A stretch of DNA of 38,150 nucleotides from Myxococcales bacterium (GCA_023248655.1 JAHFEE010000001.1:1543-39692); one strand, 5' to 3'. Counted from the first letter of the stretch, positions 28,588-37,713 are shown. Notes: generated by a model not told the origin, from the letters alone. Made by a program: numbers and translations.

Positions 28588-29901
28588 TTACGGGTTCATT
28601 CTGTCCAAGGTTCGCGCAAACGGTATCGTTTCTCTTACATGATGCAATCCGCAAATCCAAGCTAAACAGCGCTCAAGTCCCATTCCAAATCCAGAGTGAG
28701 GTACGGATCCGTAGCGCCTTAAATCTAGAAACCATTCGAAATCTTTTAGATTGAGTCCATGATTTTGCATTTCAATCATGAGAGTTTGTTCATTATTTTC
28801 ACGTTGCCCCCCACCTATGATTTCACCATATCCTTCCGGTGAAAGCAAATCCATGCATTTGGCAAAATCTGGATTGAATTCATCTTTTTTCATGTAAAAT
28901 GCTTTTATTTTACTTGGGAAATGCGTAACAATAAGAGGTTTATCGTATTGTTTGGTTAATTCGGTTTCATGAGGAGATCCAAAGTCATCACCTGTTTTAA
29001 TTTCCAATCCAAGTTTCGCAATTTTATCACAAGCATCTGTATAAAGTATTCTTGGAAATGGTTTTCGGGTATTTTTAACAATTGTTAAATCTCTTTCAAG
29101 AATATTTGTTAAATCTTTTTCGTGAATATTTAAAATTCGTTCTACCGTATAACATAGAAAATCTTCTGCGAGTTGAATGGTTCCTTCTAAATCCATAAAG
29201 GCAGCTTCTGGTTCCACCATCCAAAATTCATTAAGATGTCGTCTTGTTTTACTTTTTTCAGCCCTAAAAACAGGACCAAAGCAATAAGTTTTTCCAAATG
29301 CTGCACAGGCGGCTTCTTGATACAATTGACCAGATTGCGATAGATAAACTTTTTGACCATTAAACCATTCAGTTTCAAATAATGTCGAAGTTCCTTCGCA
29401 GGCGTTTGGAGTAAATATTGGACTATCAATCAATAAAAACCCATGACTATCAAAATAATCACGTATTGCTCTAATAAGACTTGCTCGTATTTTTAAAATA
29501 CTGTGCTGCTTAATCGAACGCATCCATAAATGTCTATTACTCATCAAGAAAGCATCGCCATGAGATTTTTTCGCAATTGGATAATCTTGTGAATGGGATA
29601 TAATTTCTATTTGAGAAACCCATATTTCATGACCACAGAAAGGTGCTCTACTGTCCTTATTTATTGTTCCAGTTATGCTTATGGAAGATTCTTGAGACAA
29701 ATGTTTAGCTAATTCAAATTCAGCACTGCTAACATCATTCTGATTCACAATTGCCTGTATAAAGCCCGTGCCGTCACGAATTTGAAGAAATAAAATTTTT
29801 CCAGAGCCTCTCTTATTGTAAAGCCAACCATTTAAGGTTACAAGCTTAAGTTGGTTATTTGAAATTGTAGAAATTGTAGAAATTGTTATCAGTTCTGTCA
29901 T
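28588..29901 (-). CDS. asnS: Asparaginyl-tRNA synthetase
   Basis: The C-terminal block DLRRYGSVPHSGFGMGLER....G....R..IPF.R closely matches AsnRS rather than AspRS. The start is taken at ATG 29901 (MTELITIS...). The ORF-track start at 29943 is a TTG inside tdk. Confidence 0.92.
   Translation of the reverse strand: MTELITISTISTISNNQLKLVTLNGWLYNKRGSGKILFLQIRDGTGFIQAIVNQNDVSSAEFELAKHLSQESSISITGTINKDSRAPFCGHEIWVSQIEIISHSQDYPIAKKSHGDAFLMSNRHLWMRSIKQHSILKIRASLIRAIRDYFDSHGFLLIDSPIFTPNACEGTSTLFETEWFNGQKVYLSQSGQLYQEAACAAFGKTYCFGPVFRAEKSKTRRHLNEFWMVEPEAAFMDLEGTIQLAEDFLCYTVERILNIHEKDLTNILERDLTIVKNTRKPFPRILYTDACDKIAKLGLEIKTGDDFGSPHETELTKQYDKPLIVTHFPSKIKAFYMKKDEFNPDFAKCMDLLSPEGYGEIIGGGQRENNEQTLMIEMQNHGLNLKDFEWFLDLRRYGSVPHSGFGMGLERCLAWICGLHHVRETIPFARTLDRMNP
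29861..29887. repeat. 9-bp x 3 in-frame tandem repeat inside the asnS N-terminus
   Basis: gaaattgta gaaattgta gaaattgtt on the + strand encodes the TISTISTIS segment of AsnRS on the minus strand. Confidence 0.9.
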
Positions 29902-29921
29902 TACAAAAGGAATATTAAACA

Positions 29922-30494
29922 ATGGAACGAACACGTCAACCAACTGTTGGAATCATTGAAATAATTTGCGGTCCTATGTTTTCTGGAAAAACAGAGGAAC
30001 TTATCAAAAGATTAACCAGGTCAAAGATTGCAAAAAAAAATACAGTGGTTTTTAAACCAATTATCGATAAACGATTTGACGAAATTCAAGTCGTAAGTCA
30101 CTCAGATCAAAAAATAGTTTCTATTCCGGTAAAGGATACGGATGCTATTAAATCTTATCTTCAAAATACGGAAAAGCCGATCGAGGTTATCGGTATAGAT
30201 GAGGCACAGTTTTTTGATAATTCTATTGTACAATTCGTTGAGCAATTAGCGAATTCTGGACTCAGAGTTGTGCTATCTGGACTTGATCAAGATTTTGAAG
30301 GAAAACCGTTTGGTCCAATGCCGTTACTTCTGGCTGCTGCCGATGTTGTCACAAAACAATATGCTATATGTATTATTTGCGGAGCACCGGCAAGTAAGAG
30401 TCATAGAGTAAATTTAGATATAGACAATAATCAGATTCTGGTTGGCGGTATGGAAATTTATGAAGCACGATGCAGAGCCTGTTTGCAGTTTTAA
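29922..30494 (+). CDS. tdk: Thymidine kinase
   Basis: 190 aa. Contains the P-loop GPMFSGKTEELI, the block IGIDEAQFF, and C-terminal zinc-binding cysteines (C..C...C..C). Confidence 0.92.
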   Translation: MERTRQPTVGIIEIICGPMFSGKTEELIKRLTRSKIAKKNTVVFKPIIDKRFDEIQVVSHSDQKIVSIPVKDTDAIKSYLQNTEKPIEVIGIDEAQFFDNSIVQFVEQLANSGLRVVLSGLDQDFEGKPFGPMPLLLAAADVVTKQYAICIICGAPASKSHRVNLDIDNNQILVGGMEIYEARCRACLQF

Positions 30495-31282
30495 AATAGT
30501 TCCTCAAAGGTATCGATAAATCAAAAATAAAGTTCCTTGTTATGTTCTTCATGCTGTTGATGGGACATTGTTTGTATGATTGCGTTATTATTATTTATAT
30601 TCTTGTGTTCATGGAATTGTGTTCATGCAGCATGATTGAATATAACTATTTTTAATACTTCAAATTTAAAAGTTTTAATTATTAATACTGCATCTGCGAT
30701 AAATGTTTTATTTTCAGAAAAGCAAATTATCAAACGAGCAAAGGAAATAGAAATTCAAATTTCGAATTTCTGTAGAGAAAAATAATTAAAAGATTCTCTG
30801 ATTATTAGTACACTGAGTGGTTAATTATATTTTGGCGGACCTGTGTTGCGATATTGATATTCAATAGGGTTGGAATTTATAAAAGTTTCCTCGTATACAG
30901 TTCTAATAATTTCTTTAAAAGGATTAAAATGATACAAGATATCAAAACACCAGCTAAAAGAGAGGTTTTGCTTGTAGAAGATATAATTGACAGTGTTTTA
31001 CTGTTAATTATTTACTAATGGATTTTATAAAAAGTGGATTTTGAATTTCGAATTTATTTGTTTTTGGATACGGGTTGAATTGGTGTCAAAAAATGCGTAA
31101 TTTACATATATTACAATACTTTACACAACTTAATAAAATCTTTGGTCTTGGTGTTTATTTATGAAATAAATAAAAATGAGGAATTATAATAAAATATTGA
31201 ATTTACATAAAATTCTATTTTTTAAAATTGAAATTTTTTAAAAGTTTATTTATGACTTGATTTATGGTATATAAATTCAATC

Positions 31283-31483
31283 ATGAATAAAGAAAACAAA
31301 GAAGAAAATACTGATAATTCTTTTCAATTTGACAAACGTGTTATTCATCGCTTTGTCCAGAAAGGAAAAATATCCAAATCAAATTTTGAAAAACACTTAA
31401 CAGGTCTAATCGATCTCGAGGATAAATCCGAGAATATTACCACCAAGAATTATGTTGAAAAGAAAGGAAATATCGACCGTTAA
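31283..31483 (+). CDS. Hypothetical small charged protein (66 aa)
   Basis: This is the only ORF in the interval, on the same strand as truA, and its 3' end overlaps the truA start by 32 nt. It is highly charged and Lys/Asn-rich. Coding status is unproven. Confidence 0.35.
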   Translation: MNKENKEENTDNSFQFDKRVIHRFVQKGKISKSNFEKHLTGLIDLEDKSENITTKNYVEKKGNIDR

Positions 31484-32306
31484 AACCTGGAGATTATGGA
31501 TTTCTTATCTTGGAACCTATTTTTCAGGGTTTCAAATCCAGCCAGGTTGTAACTCGGTTGAATTATTGATTAAAAAAGCCTTTAAAGCGTTTATTGGATT
31601 TTCGCCCGCATTGACAATTGCAGGCAGGACAGATTCTGGTGTTCATGCTCTTGGACAGGTTGTATCTTGTAGTTTTGAAAACAACTTAAATGCATTCAAG
31701 TTACAACAAGGATTAAATCATTTCTTGAAACCAAATATAATTATTTGGCGTGTAGATGAAATGCCATTTTCGTTTGACGCTAGAAAGCAATCTGTTGGAA
31801 AATCTTATGTTTATTCCATAAATCAATCTATTGGTAGTGAATTCCCATTTGATCATTTACGCACTTGGTATATTGTAAAAAAAAACAGACTAAATATAAA
31901 TTTAATGAAGAAGGCGTCTTTGTTTTTGATTGGAGAACATGATTTCGAAAGTTTTCGCTCTAGAAATTGTGTCGCAAAACATGCAATACGTTATATTTGG
32001 AAGATTGATTTTACTGAGTCATCAGCTGGAAGTATTGCAATAGATATTCGCGGGAATGCGTTTTGTCATAATATGGTCAGAATTATAGTAGGAACATTGG
32101 TTGATGTTGGTTTGGGTAAAACAGGTCCTATTTTTTTAAAAAATATTCTTTTAGGGAGAAACAGATCTCTGGCTGGGGAAACTGCACCTTCAAGTGGGTT
32201 AACATTGAAAGAAGTTTATTATCTAGACACCTTGCATCGTGCGGACATTCCAGATAATTCTTTATTTCTTAAACATCAAATTAACAAAGGGTATTTATTG
32301 TGTTAA
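31452..32306 (+). CDS. truA: tRNA pseudouridine(38-40) synthase TruA
   Basis: 284 aa. Contains Y.G..F.G.Q.Q near the N-terminus and the catalytic block AGRTDSGVHALGQV. Confidence 0.9.
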   Translation: MLKRKEISTVKTWRLWISYLGTYFSGFQIQPGCNSVELLIKKAFKAFIGFSPALTIAGRTDSGVHALGQVVSCSFENNLNAFKLQQGLNHFLKPNIIIWRVDEMPFSFDARKQSVGKSYVYSINQSIGSEFPFDHLRTWYIVKKNRLNINLMKKASLFLIGEHDFESFRSRNCVAKHAIRYIWKIDFTESSAGSIAIDIRGNAFCHNMVRIIVGTLVDVGLGKTGPIFLKNILLGRNRSLAGETAPSSGLTLKEVYYLDTLHRADIPDNSLFLKHQINKGYLLC

Positions 32307-32590
32307 GTGTAGGTATTTTTGAATTACTTTTAATTCTTGCTATTATTTTAATAATTTTTGGGCCCGAACAACTGCCTAATGCCATTAAAATCTTTGTAAA
32401 AGTATTATCGCGATTTAAAAAAGCAAATGAAGAAATGAGATTAATTTTTATGGGACTCAGGGAACCAAGTAATTTGCAATCAAATTCCGATCAAACAGTC
32501 ATTGATTCAAAGGAGTCATCTGGCATTATTCCGAATGTTTCATTAAAATTAAAAGAAAACAATACAAAATTTAGTGATTTAGATGGATGA
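32300..32590 (+). CDS. Twin-arginine translocase TatA/TatB family protein (TatB-like GP..LP motif)
   Basis: 96 aa. An N-terminal TM helix is followed by FGPEQLP and an amphipathic helix. It has a GTG start, overlaps the truA stop, and lies directly upstream of tatC. Confidence 0.75.
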   Translation: MLSVGIFELLLILAIILIIFGPEQLPNAIKIFVKVLSRFKKANEEMRLIFMGLREPSNLQSNSDQTVIDSKESSGIIPNVSLKLKENNTKFSDLDG

Positions 32591-33299
32591 TTCAAGTTAT
32601 CCATTTTTAAAACATTTGTCCGATTTGCGTATTGCGATTATTCGTTCCATTTACGGAATTTTTGCTGGATTGGTTATTTCTTTTATTTTTTCGGACGAAA
32701 TTTTAAAGTGGTTTGTAAGCTCATTAATTAAAACATCCAATAATGAAATTAAACTCATCGCGCTTGCGCCATATGAATATTTTTTTTCTGAAATACGAGC
32801 TGCTCTTATAGGAGGAATTTTAATTGCGTCTCCGTGGATATTTTATCAAATTTGGCTTTTTGTTTCTCCTGGACTTTATAAAAATGAAAAGAGAATAGCC
32901 TTCTATTTTGTTTTCTCTGCTGTTATTTTTTTTATAAGTGGAATAATTTTTGCTCAATGCTTTATATTGCCCATGGTATTTAATTTTTTCGTAAAGAATA
33001 CGCCATCCTATATCGAAGGAAGATATTCAATTGGGGTACTCTTTTCATTTTCTTCTAATTTAATTTTATTATTTGGGATTGTATTCGAAATTCCACTACT
33101 TATATTTTTATTGATTTTATTCAACATTGTTACAATTGAAATTCTAAAATCAATTAGGCGATATATTATTGTTATAGCTTTTGTGTTATCCGCTATTTTG
33201 ACACCAACTCCCGATCCATTTACTCAAACCGCTATGGCAATTCCGATGATCCTGCTTTACGAATTAGGAATTTTTATTGCAAGATTATTTATTTTATAG
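32583..33299 (+). CDS. tatC: Twin-arginine translocase subunit TatC
   Basis: 238 aa with 6 TM segments. The N-terminus has HL.DLR, the conserved P..GLY..E block is present (SPGLYKNEK), and the C-terminal TPTPDPFTQ motif is present. Confidence 0.9.
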   Translation: MDDSSYPFLKHLSDLRIAIIRSIYGIFAGLVISFIFSDEILKWFVSSLIKTSNNEIKLIALAPYEYFFSEIRAALIGGILIASPWIFYQIWLFVSPGLYKNEKRIAFYFVFSAVIFFISGIIFAQCFILPMVFNFFVKNTPSYIEGRYSIGVLFSFSSNLILLFGIVFEIPLLIFLLILFNIVTIEILKSIRRYIIVIAFVLSAILTPTPDPFTQTAMAIPMILLYELGIFIARLFIL

Positions 33300-33428
33300 T
33301 GCTGTAAACAAAAAGCACAAAAGCAGAAAAAATCATATAATTTGTCAATTTCTAGTGTAACGTTTTAAGGATATTTTACGTGTTTTTAATTGATATACAG
33401 GAGCATAGACGATGGATTAATTGATGTT

Positions 33429-34739
33429 ATGTTTAAGCAATTTGATTTATCGGAACAAATTTTAACTGCAGTTAAGGCTTCAGGATTTAAAAATCCAACC
33501 AAAATTCAGCAACTTGCTATTCCTTATATTATACAAGGTCGAAATTTAATCGGCAAAGCAAAAACCGGAACAGGAAAAACTGCAGCATTTGCCTTACCAA
33601 TATTGGATAAGGTCAACGCTCAGGAAAAAAAAACGCAAATTGTTATCCTTGTGCCCACTCGAGAACTGGCAATGCAGGTTTGTAGTGAAATTCAAAAATT
33701 CGCATTTTATTTGAAAATAAAATGCATTGCCATATACGGTGGGAGCTCTTATCGAGTTCAAATTAATTCAATCAGACAGGGGGCTCAAATTATTGTATCA
33801 ACCCCCGGCAGATTATTGGATCTTATGACCAACTTTTCAAACGTTAATATTTCTCCATCTGTAGTGGTTATTGACGAGGCGGATGAAATGTTAAATATGG
33901 GATTTTTGAAAGATATTCAGAAAATATATAAATTTTTTCCCAAGGTGCAACAAACTTTATTATTTTCAGCAACAATTCCGATTGCTATAAAAAAGCTATC
34001 ACAAAAGTTATTAGATAATCCCATTTTTGTTAATGCTGACACTGAACTGGAAATGAAAGAAAATAACATTCATCAAGAAGTGTGCATCCTGAAAAGTATT
34101 GATCGAGAAACAGCCTTATTGCGTTTACTGGAATTTCATGATCCGTTAAAAACAATTATTTTTTGTAAAACACGTTTAGATGTTGATGGTTTAATGAAAT
34201 CTGTCTCGCACTACAATCTGTCAGCAGTTTCATTGCATGGTGATTTGCGGCAAAATCAAAGAGAAGCGGTTTTGAGTACATTTGTAAACGGAGATGCTAA
34301 AATATTAATCGCAACAGATATTGCATCTAGAGGTTTGGATATTGTTAACATATCACATGTAATTAATTATCATTTGCCGATTAATTCTGAGGTTTATACT
34401 CACAGAATTGGCAGAACGGGAAGAATGGGTAATTTTGGTAAGGCGATTACTCTCGTTATGCCAAGAGAAATTGGAAGTTTGAAAAATATAGAAAGAAGAC
34501 TTGGAAACTCTATTAAAATTGGGACGATTCCATCGTTGTTAGATATCAGAGAAATAAAAATTAATAAATTTGTAAAGAAACTAGAAACAGAATCCATTCA
34601 CAAGGATGCTGAAAATTATTTAAAGAATATTTTAAAGAATATCAAAAATGAAGACTTGTTAGATACTTCGCTTAAATTAATTTCAATGTATTTAAAAGCA
34701 AATCGCATTATTGATTGCGGAGTGGCGAATTCGTATTAA
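33429..34739 (+). CDS. DEAD-box ATP-dependent RNA helicase
   Basis: Contains the Q motif (F..L.L...I..A....GF..PT.IQ), AKTGTGKTAAF, PTRELA, DEAD, SAT and HRIGRTGR. The start is taken at MFKQFDL; an alternative TTG at 33390 is possible. Confidence 0.9.
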   Translation: MFKQFDLSEQILTAVKASGFKNPTKIQQLAIPYIIQGRNLIGKAKTGTGKTAAFALPILDKVNAQEKKTQIVILVPTRELAMQVCSEIQKFAFYLKIKCIAIYGGSSYRVQINSIRQGAQIIVSTPGRLLDLMTNFSNVNISPSVVVIDEADEMLNMGFLKDIQKIYKFFPKVQQTLLFSATIPIAIKKLSQKLLDNPIFVNADTELEMKENNIHQEVCILKSIDRETALLRLLEFHDPLKTIIFCKTRLDVDGLMKSVSHYNLSAVSLHGDLRQNQREAVLSTFVNGDAKILIATDIASRGLDIVNISHVINYHLPINSEVYTHRIGRTGRMGNFGKAITLVMPREIGSLKNIERRLGNSIKIGTIPSLLDIREIKINKFVKKLETESIHKDAENYLKNILKNIKNEDLLDTSLKLISMYLKANRIIDCGVANSY

Positions 34740-34747
34740 TTGTTTAA

Positions 34748-35530
34748 CTATGCGTTGAAAATTTTTAGTGCATCTATGCATGCTTTTACATTGTGAGTTC
34801 TTATGTAGGAAACGTTATTTTTCACAGCTTTAAAAATAGCTCCGATGGTTGCATAATCTCTTTCTATGGGATGTAAAATTTTGGTAATTTGTCCAATAAA
34901 ATTTTTTCGACTAAATCCTATAAAAATTGGTGAAATTTCTTTAAATTCAGATAAGTTATTTAATATAATAAGATTGTGTTTCAATGTCTTACCAAAGCCA
35001 ATTCCTGGATCTATGCATATTTGAGAAAGTTTTATGCCATTCGAAACAGCAAATTGAACACGGTTCTTAAGAAAAAATTTTATTTCTTCAATTATATTCT
35101 CATATCTTGGTTTTTTTTGCATCAATGCAATAGAGCTGTAGGCATGCATTAAGACAATTCTATCAATGCCTTTGATGACGTCGATCATTTTTGGATCGTA
35201 CCTCAGAGCGCTTATGTCATTTATCCAAGATATCCCAAGGTCAATACATTTTTTTGCTGTTGAGGAATTTCTTGTATCAACGCTTATTTTATATATCCCA
35301 TTGTTGGTTAATGATTTTATGACCGGCAAGATTCGATCTTGTTCCTCTTTGGAAGAAATAGCAATTGCACCCGGCCTTGTGGATTCGCCACCAATATCTA
35401 TCAGGAACGCTCCATGTCTTAACATTTCCTCTGCTCTTGAAATAGCCTCATTGGTATTTTTATAATTTCCCCCATCAGAAAAGCTATCAGGAGTTATATT
35501 TAAAATTCCAATAACGCGTGGGTGAATCAT
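34748..35530 (-). CDS. folP: Dihydropteroate synthase
   Basis: 260 aa. Contains GILNITPDSFSDGG, DIGGESTRPG and the downstream pterin-binding blocks. Confidence 0.92.
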   Translation of the reverse strand: MIHPRVIGILNITPDSFSDGGNYKNTNEAISRAEEMLRHGAFLIDIGGESTRPGAIAISSKEEQDRILPVIKSLTNNGIYKISVDTRNSSTAKKCIDLGISWINDISALRYDPKMIDVIKGIDRIVLMHAYSSIALMQKKPRYENIIEEIKFFLKNRVQFAVSNGIKLSQICIDPGIGFGKTLKHNLIILNNLSEFKEISPIFIGFSRKNFIGQITKILHPIERDYATIGAIFKAVKNNVSYIRTHNVKACIDALKIFNA

Positions 35531-36147
35531 CGCTTATTGTGTTTGATCAGAAATCCAGATTTTTCAATACTATGAATAAGCCGATCAGTTACTTCTCTTT
35601 GAGTACCTGAACCGTTAATTATTATAGATTCAGATTCGGATGCCAATTTAAAATAACGGTCCTGAATTATTTTTTGAAGATTTTGCGATTCAAATATTTC
35701 CTCAATTCCGCCCCTTTTTTTTCTTCTTATTTTTGCTTCATCCAGTGGTGTATTTATTAAAATTGTTAAGTCTGGAAATGGCACAAATTGATTTATGTTT
35801 TTGATCCATTCTTCGGAAATCCACAAACCCTGATAAACCAAACTAGATAACATGTAACGATCACATATGACGTCTGTATTGTTATCCAATTTAGGTTTTA
35901 TTTCTCCATAGAAATGCTGCACTCTATCGGCAGCAAATAAAAGTGCTAAACTTTCTGCAAATTTTGAATGATGCTTTACTTTATTTTGTAAAAAATCTCG
36001 AATTATTTTCCCGGTAATTTGCTTACTGGGTTCTGCTGTTACGTAAACATCTCTACCACTTTGAGCTAAGAAAACCGCCAGTCGACGAGCTTGTGTAGTG
36101 TGTCCGGAACCATCAATGCCTTCTAGGGCAATAAACATGAATATCAC
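35527..36147 (-). CDS. tmk: Thymidylate kinase
   Basis: 206 aa. Contains the P-loop IALEGIDGSGHTTQ and the DRY-like block (CDRYMLSS). It overlaps the folP start by 4 nt. Confidence 0.92.
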   Translation of the reverse strand: MIFMFIALEGIDGSGHTTQARRLAVFLAQSGRDVYVTAEPSKQITGKIIRDFLQNKVKHHSKFAESLALLFAADRVQHFYGEIKPKLDNNTDVICDRYMLSSLVYQGLWISEEWIKNINQFVPFPDLTILINTPLDEAKIRRKKRGGIEEIFESQNLQKIIQDRYFKLASESESIIINGSGTQREVTDRLIHSIEKSGFLIKHNKR

Positions 36148-36706
36148 TCCTGATGATTAAATTATAATACTGTTGTTTTATTGTATCTTAATAACTTATA
36201 ATGCTCTTACTGTAGTTTATTATATATAAAAAATTGAATTTGGAAAATATTACTTTTATATTTGTTTATAATTTCAAATTAAAAACAAATAAAGAATTAA
36301 GTTAAATTGAGAACAGGGTAGCTCGATGTTGAAATTTAGTTTCAAATATTACATATTTATACGAAATTTTAATGTCGATATTAATTATGTCGAACATTTT
36401 ATCTAGTTTAAAATATTCGATATAAAATTTAGATTTTCATAAATAATGCTAATTTTTCAAAACAAATATAACCATACAGAGCGAATTATTGTTAACATGT
36501 TTATGTGTGTTTGTTAAAAATTCAGAAATACTTATCCTCTAAATTATTTATTTTAAATTTAAATGGACATGTATGTAATCTCAATTTAGATATATGATAA
36601 ACAAATGCACATAATCATAATATACAGTATGAAATTACATACTACGCTGGACAATTTGTTGAGTAAATGTTATTATGTTGATGCTCGTTAAGTTTGTGGA
36701 GTGTGT

Positions 36707-37108
36707 ATGCGATCCAATAGAACGTGGGTGTTTCTGTTTTATCTATTTGCAACTTTTTTGATTTCGACTGTATGCACATTAGCCGTACGTGAAGTATTCA
36801 GTCTATTCAACGTTACAGATGTTATATTAGGTAATTTGTTTTTATATAAAAAATTAACGTTGGCGTGTTTGATGGGTGTTTCGTTGTCGATCGCGGTGCT
36901 GGGTTATGTGATTTTTTTAAATCAAGCACTAAATAATTTTGTTTGGCAATGCATAGAGCAGTTAAGCAAAGTTGCCTGGTCCTCTGTGCACGAAATTAAA
37001 AAGTCAACAACTATTGTAGTTGTGATTTGTGTAATTGCTTCTATAATTCTAGGTTTTTTTGATTTTGTTTTTGGTTGGCTTTCGAGCAAAAATTTCTTTT
37101 TAGGATAA
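36707..37108 (+). CDS. secE: Preprotein translocase subunit SecE (three-TM form)
   Basis: The C-terminal segment ...L.KV.W.S..E....T..V......S..LG..D matches the conserved SecE core helix. The gene is immediately upstream of nusG. ATG 36707 with a GGAG 5 nt upstream is preferred over GTG 36701. Confidence 0.75.
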   Translation: MRSNRTWVFLFYLFATFLISTVCTLAVREVFSLFNVTDVILGNLFLYKKLTLACLMGVSLSIAVLGYVIFLNQALNNFVWQCIEQLSKVAWSSVHEIKKSTTIVVVICVIASIILGFFDFVFGWLSSKNFFLG

Positions 37109-37112
37109 CTAT

Positions 37113-37661
37113 ATGACCGAAGTTGAAAATTTAAAATTTAAATGGTTTGCCGTGCATGTTTATGCAGGATTTGAGGGCCGCGTTGGGGAGGCTATATTAG
37201 AAACTGCGATAAAGAAGAACTTGAAGGCCAGTTTTGGAGAGATCATGATTCCCGAAGAGGTAGTAGAAGAAGTTAAGTCGGGGATAAAAAAAACTCAACG
37301 TCGCAGATGTTTTCCAGGTTATATTTTAATTCAGATGGATTTTAATAACTTAACAGCAAATTTGGTTCGAGGATTGCCCAAGGTTACAGGTTTTTTATGC
37401 AATTCAAAAAAACCAGTACCCTTAAGCCCAGAAGAAGTTGAACGCATGCTCGCTTTGGTCAACGAAAAGCAGAAAGTAAGATCCAAGGTGGAGTTCTCGG
37501 AAGGCGATAGGGTAAAAGTTATCGATGGTCCTTTTGCTAATTTCAATGGTTCCATAGAAGAACTGAAACCAGATAAACAAAAATTGCGTGTCCTGGTGTC
37601 GATTTTTGGCAGGGCAACTCCTGTGGAATTAGATTATTCCCAAGTAGAGACTATTGCGTAA
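37113..37661 (+). CDS. nusG: Transcription termination/antitermination factor NusG
   Basis: 182 aa. Contains the NGN domain (KWF.V.....E) and the KOW motif (GD.V.V.DGPF..F.G.I.E). Confidence 0.95.
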   Translation: MTEVENLKFKWFAVHVYAGFEGRVGEAILETAIKKNLKASFGEIMIPEEVVEEVKSGIKKTQRRRCFPGYILIQMDFNNLTANLVRGLPKVTGFLCNSKKPVPLSPEEVERMLALVNEKQKVRSKVEFSEGDRVKVIDGPFANFNGSIEELKPDKQKLRVLVSIFGRATPVELDYSQVETIA

Positions 37662-37682
37662 TTTTAAAAATATATTTAAAGT

Positions 37683-37713
37683 AAACATATATATTTTTAA
37701 AATATATATGTTT
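37683..37713. promoter_or_regulatory. 31-nt perfect palindrome (15-bp arms, 1-nt centre) between nusG and rplK; candidate AU-only hairpin, attenuator or operator
   Basis: aaacatatatatttt t aaaatatatatgttt, verified base by base. It lies 22 nt upstream of the rplK ATG. Confidence 0.5.

Noticed and set aside
29902-29943. Longer asnS ORF starting at 29943
   Set aside because: That start is a TTG located inside tdk. The added residues (VDVFVPLFNIPFV) have no AsnRS counterpart, and the ATG at 29901 aligns with AsnRS N-termini.
30929-31018. 29-codon ORF MIQDIKTPAKREVLLVEDIIDSVLLLIIY, which resembles the beta1-alpha1 start of a response-regulator receiver domain and might be a pseudogene remnant
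   Set aside because: The resemblance rests on a short (K/R)-hydrophobic-x-ED pattern only. Downstream frames show no continuation of a receiver domain. It is kept only as a note inside the spacer finding.
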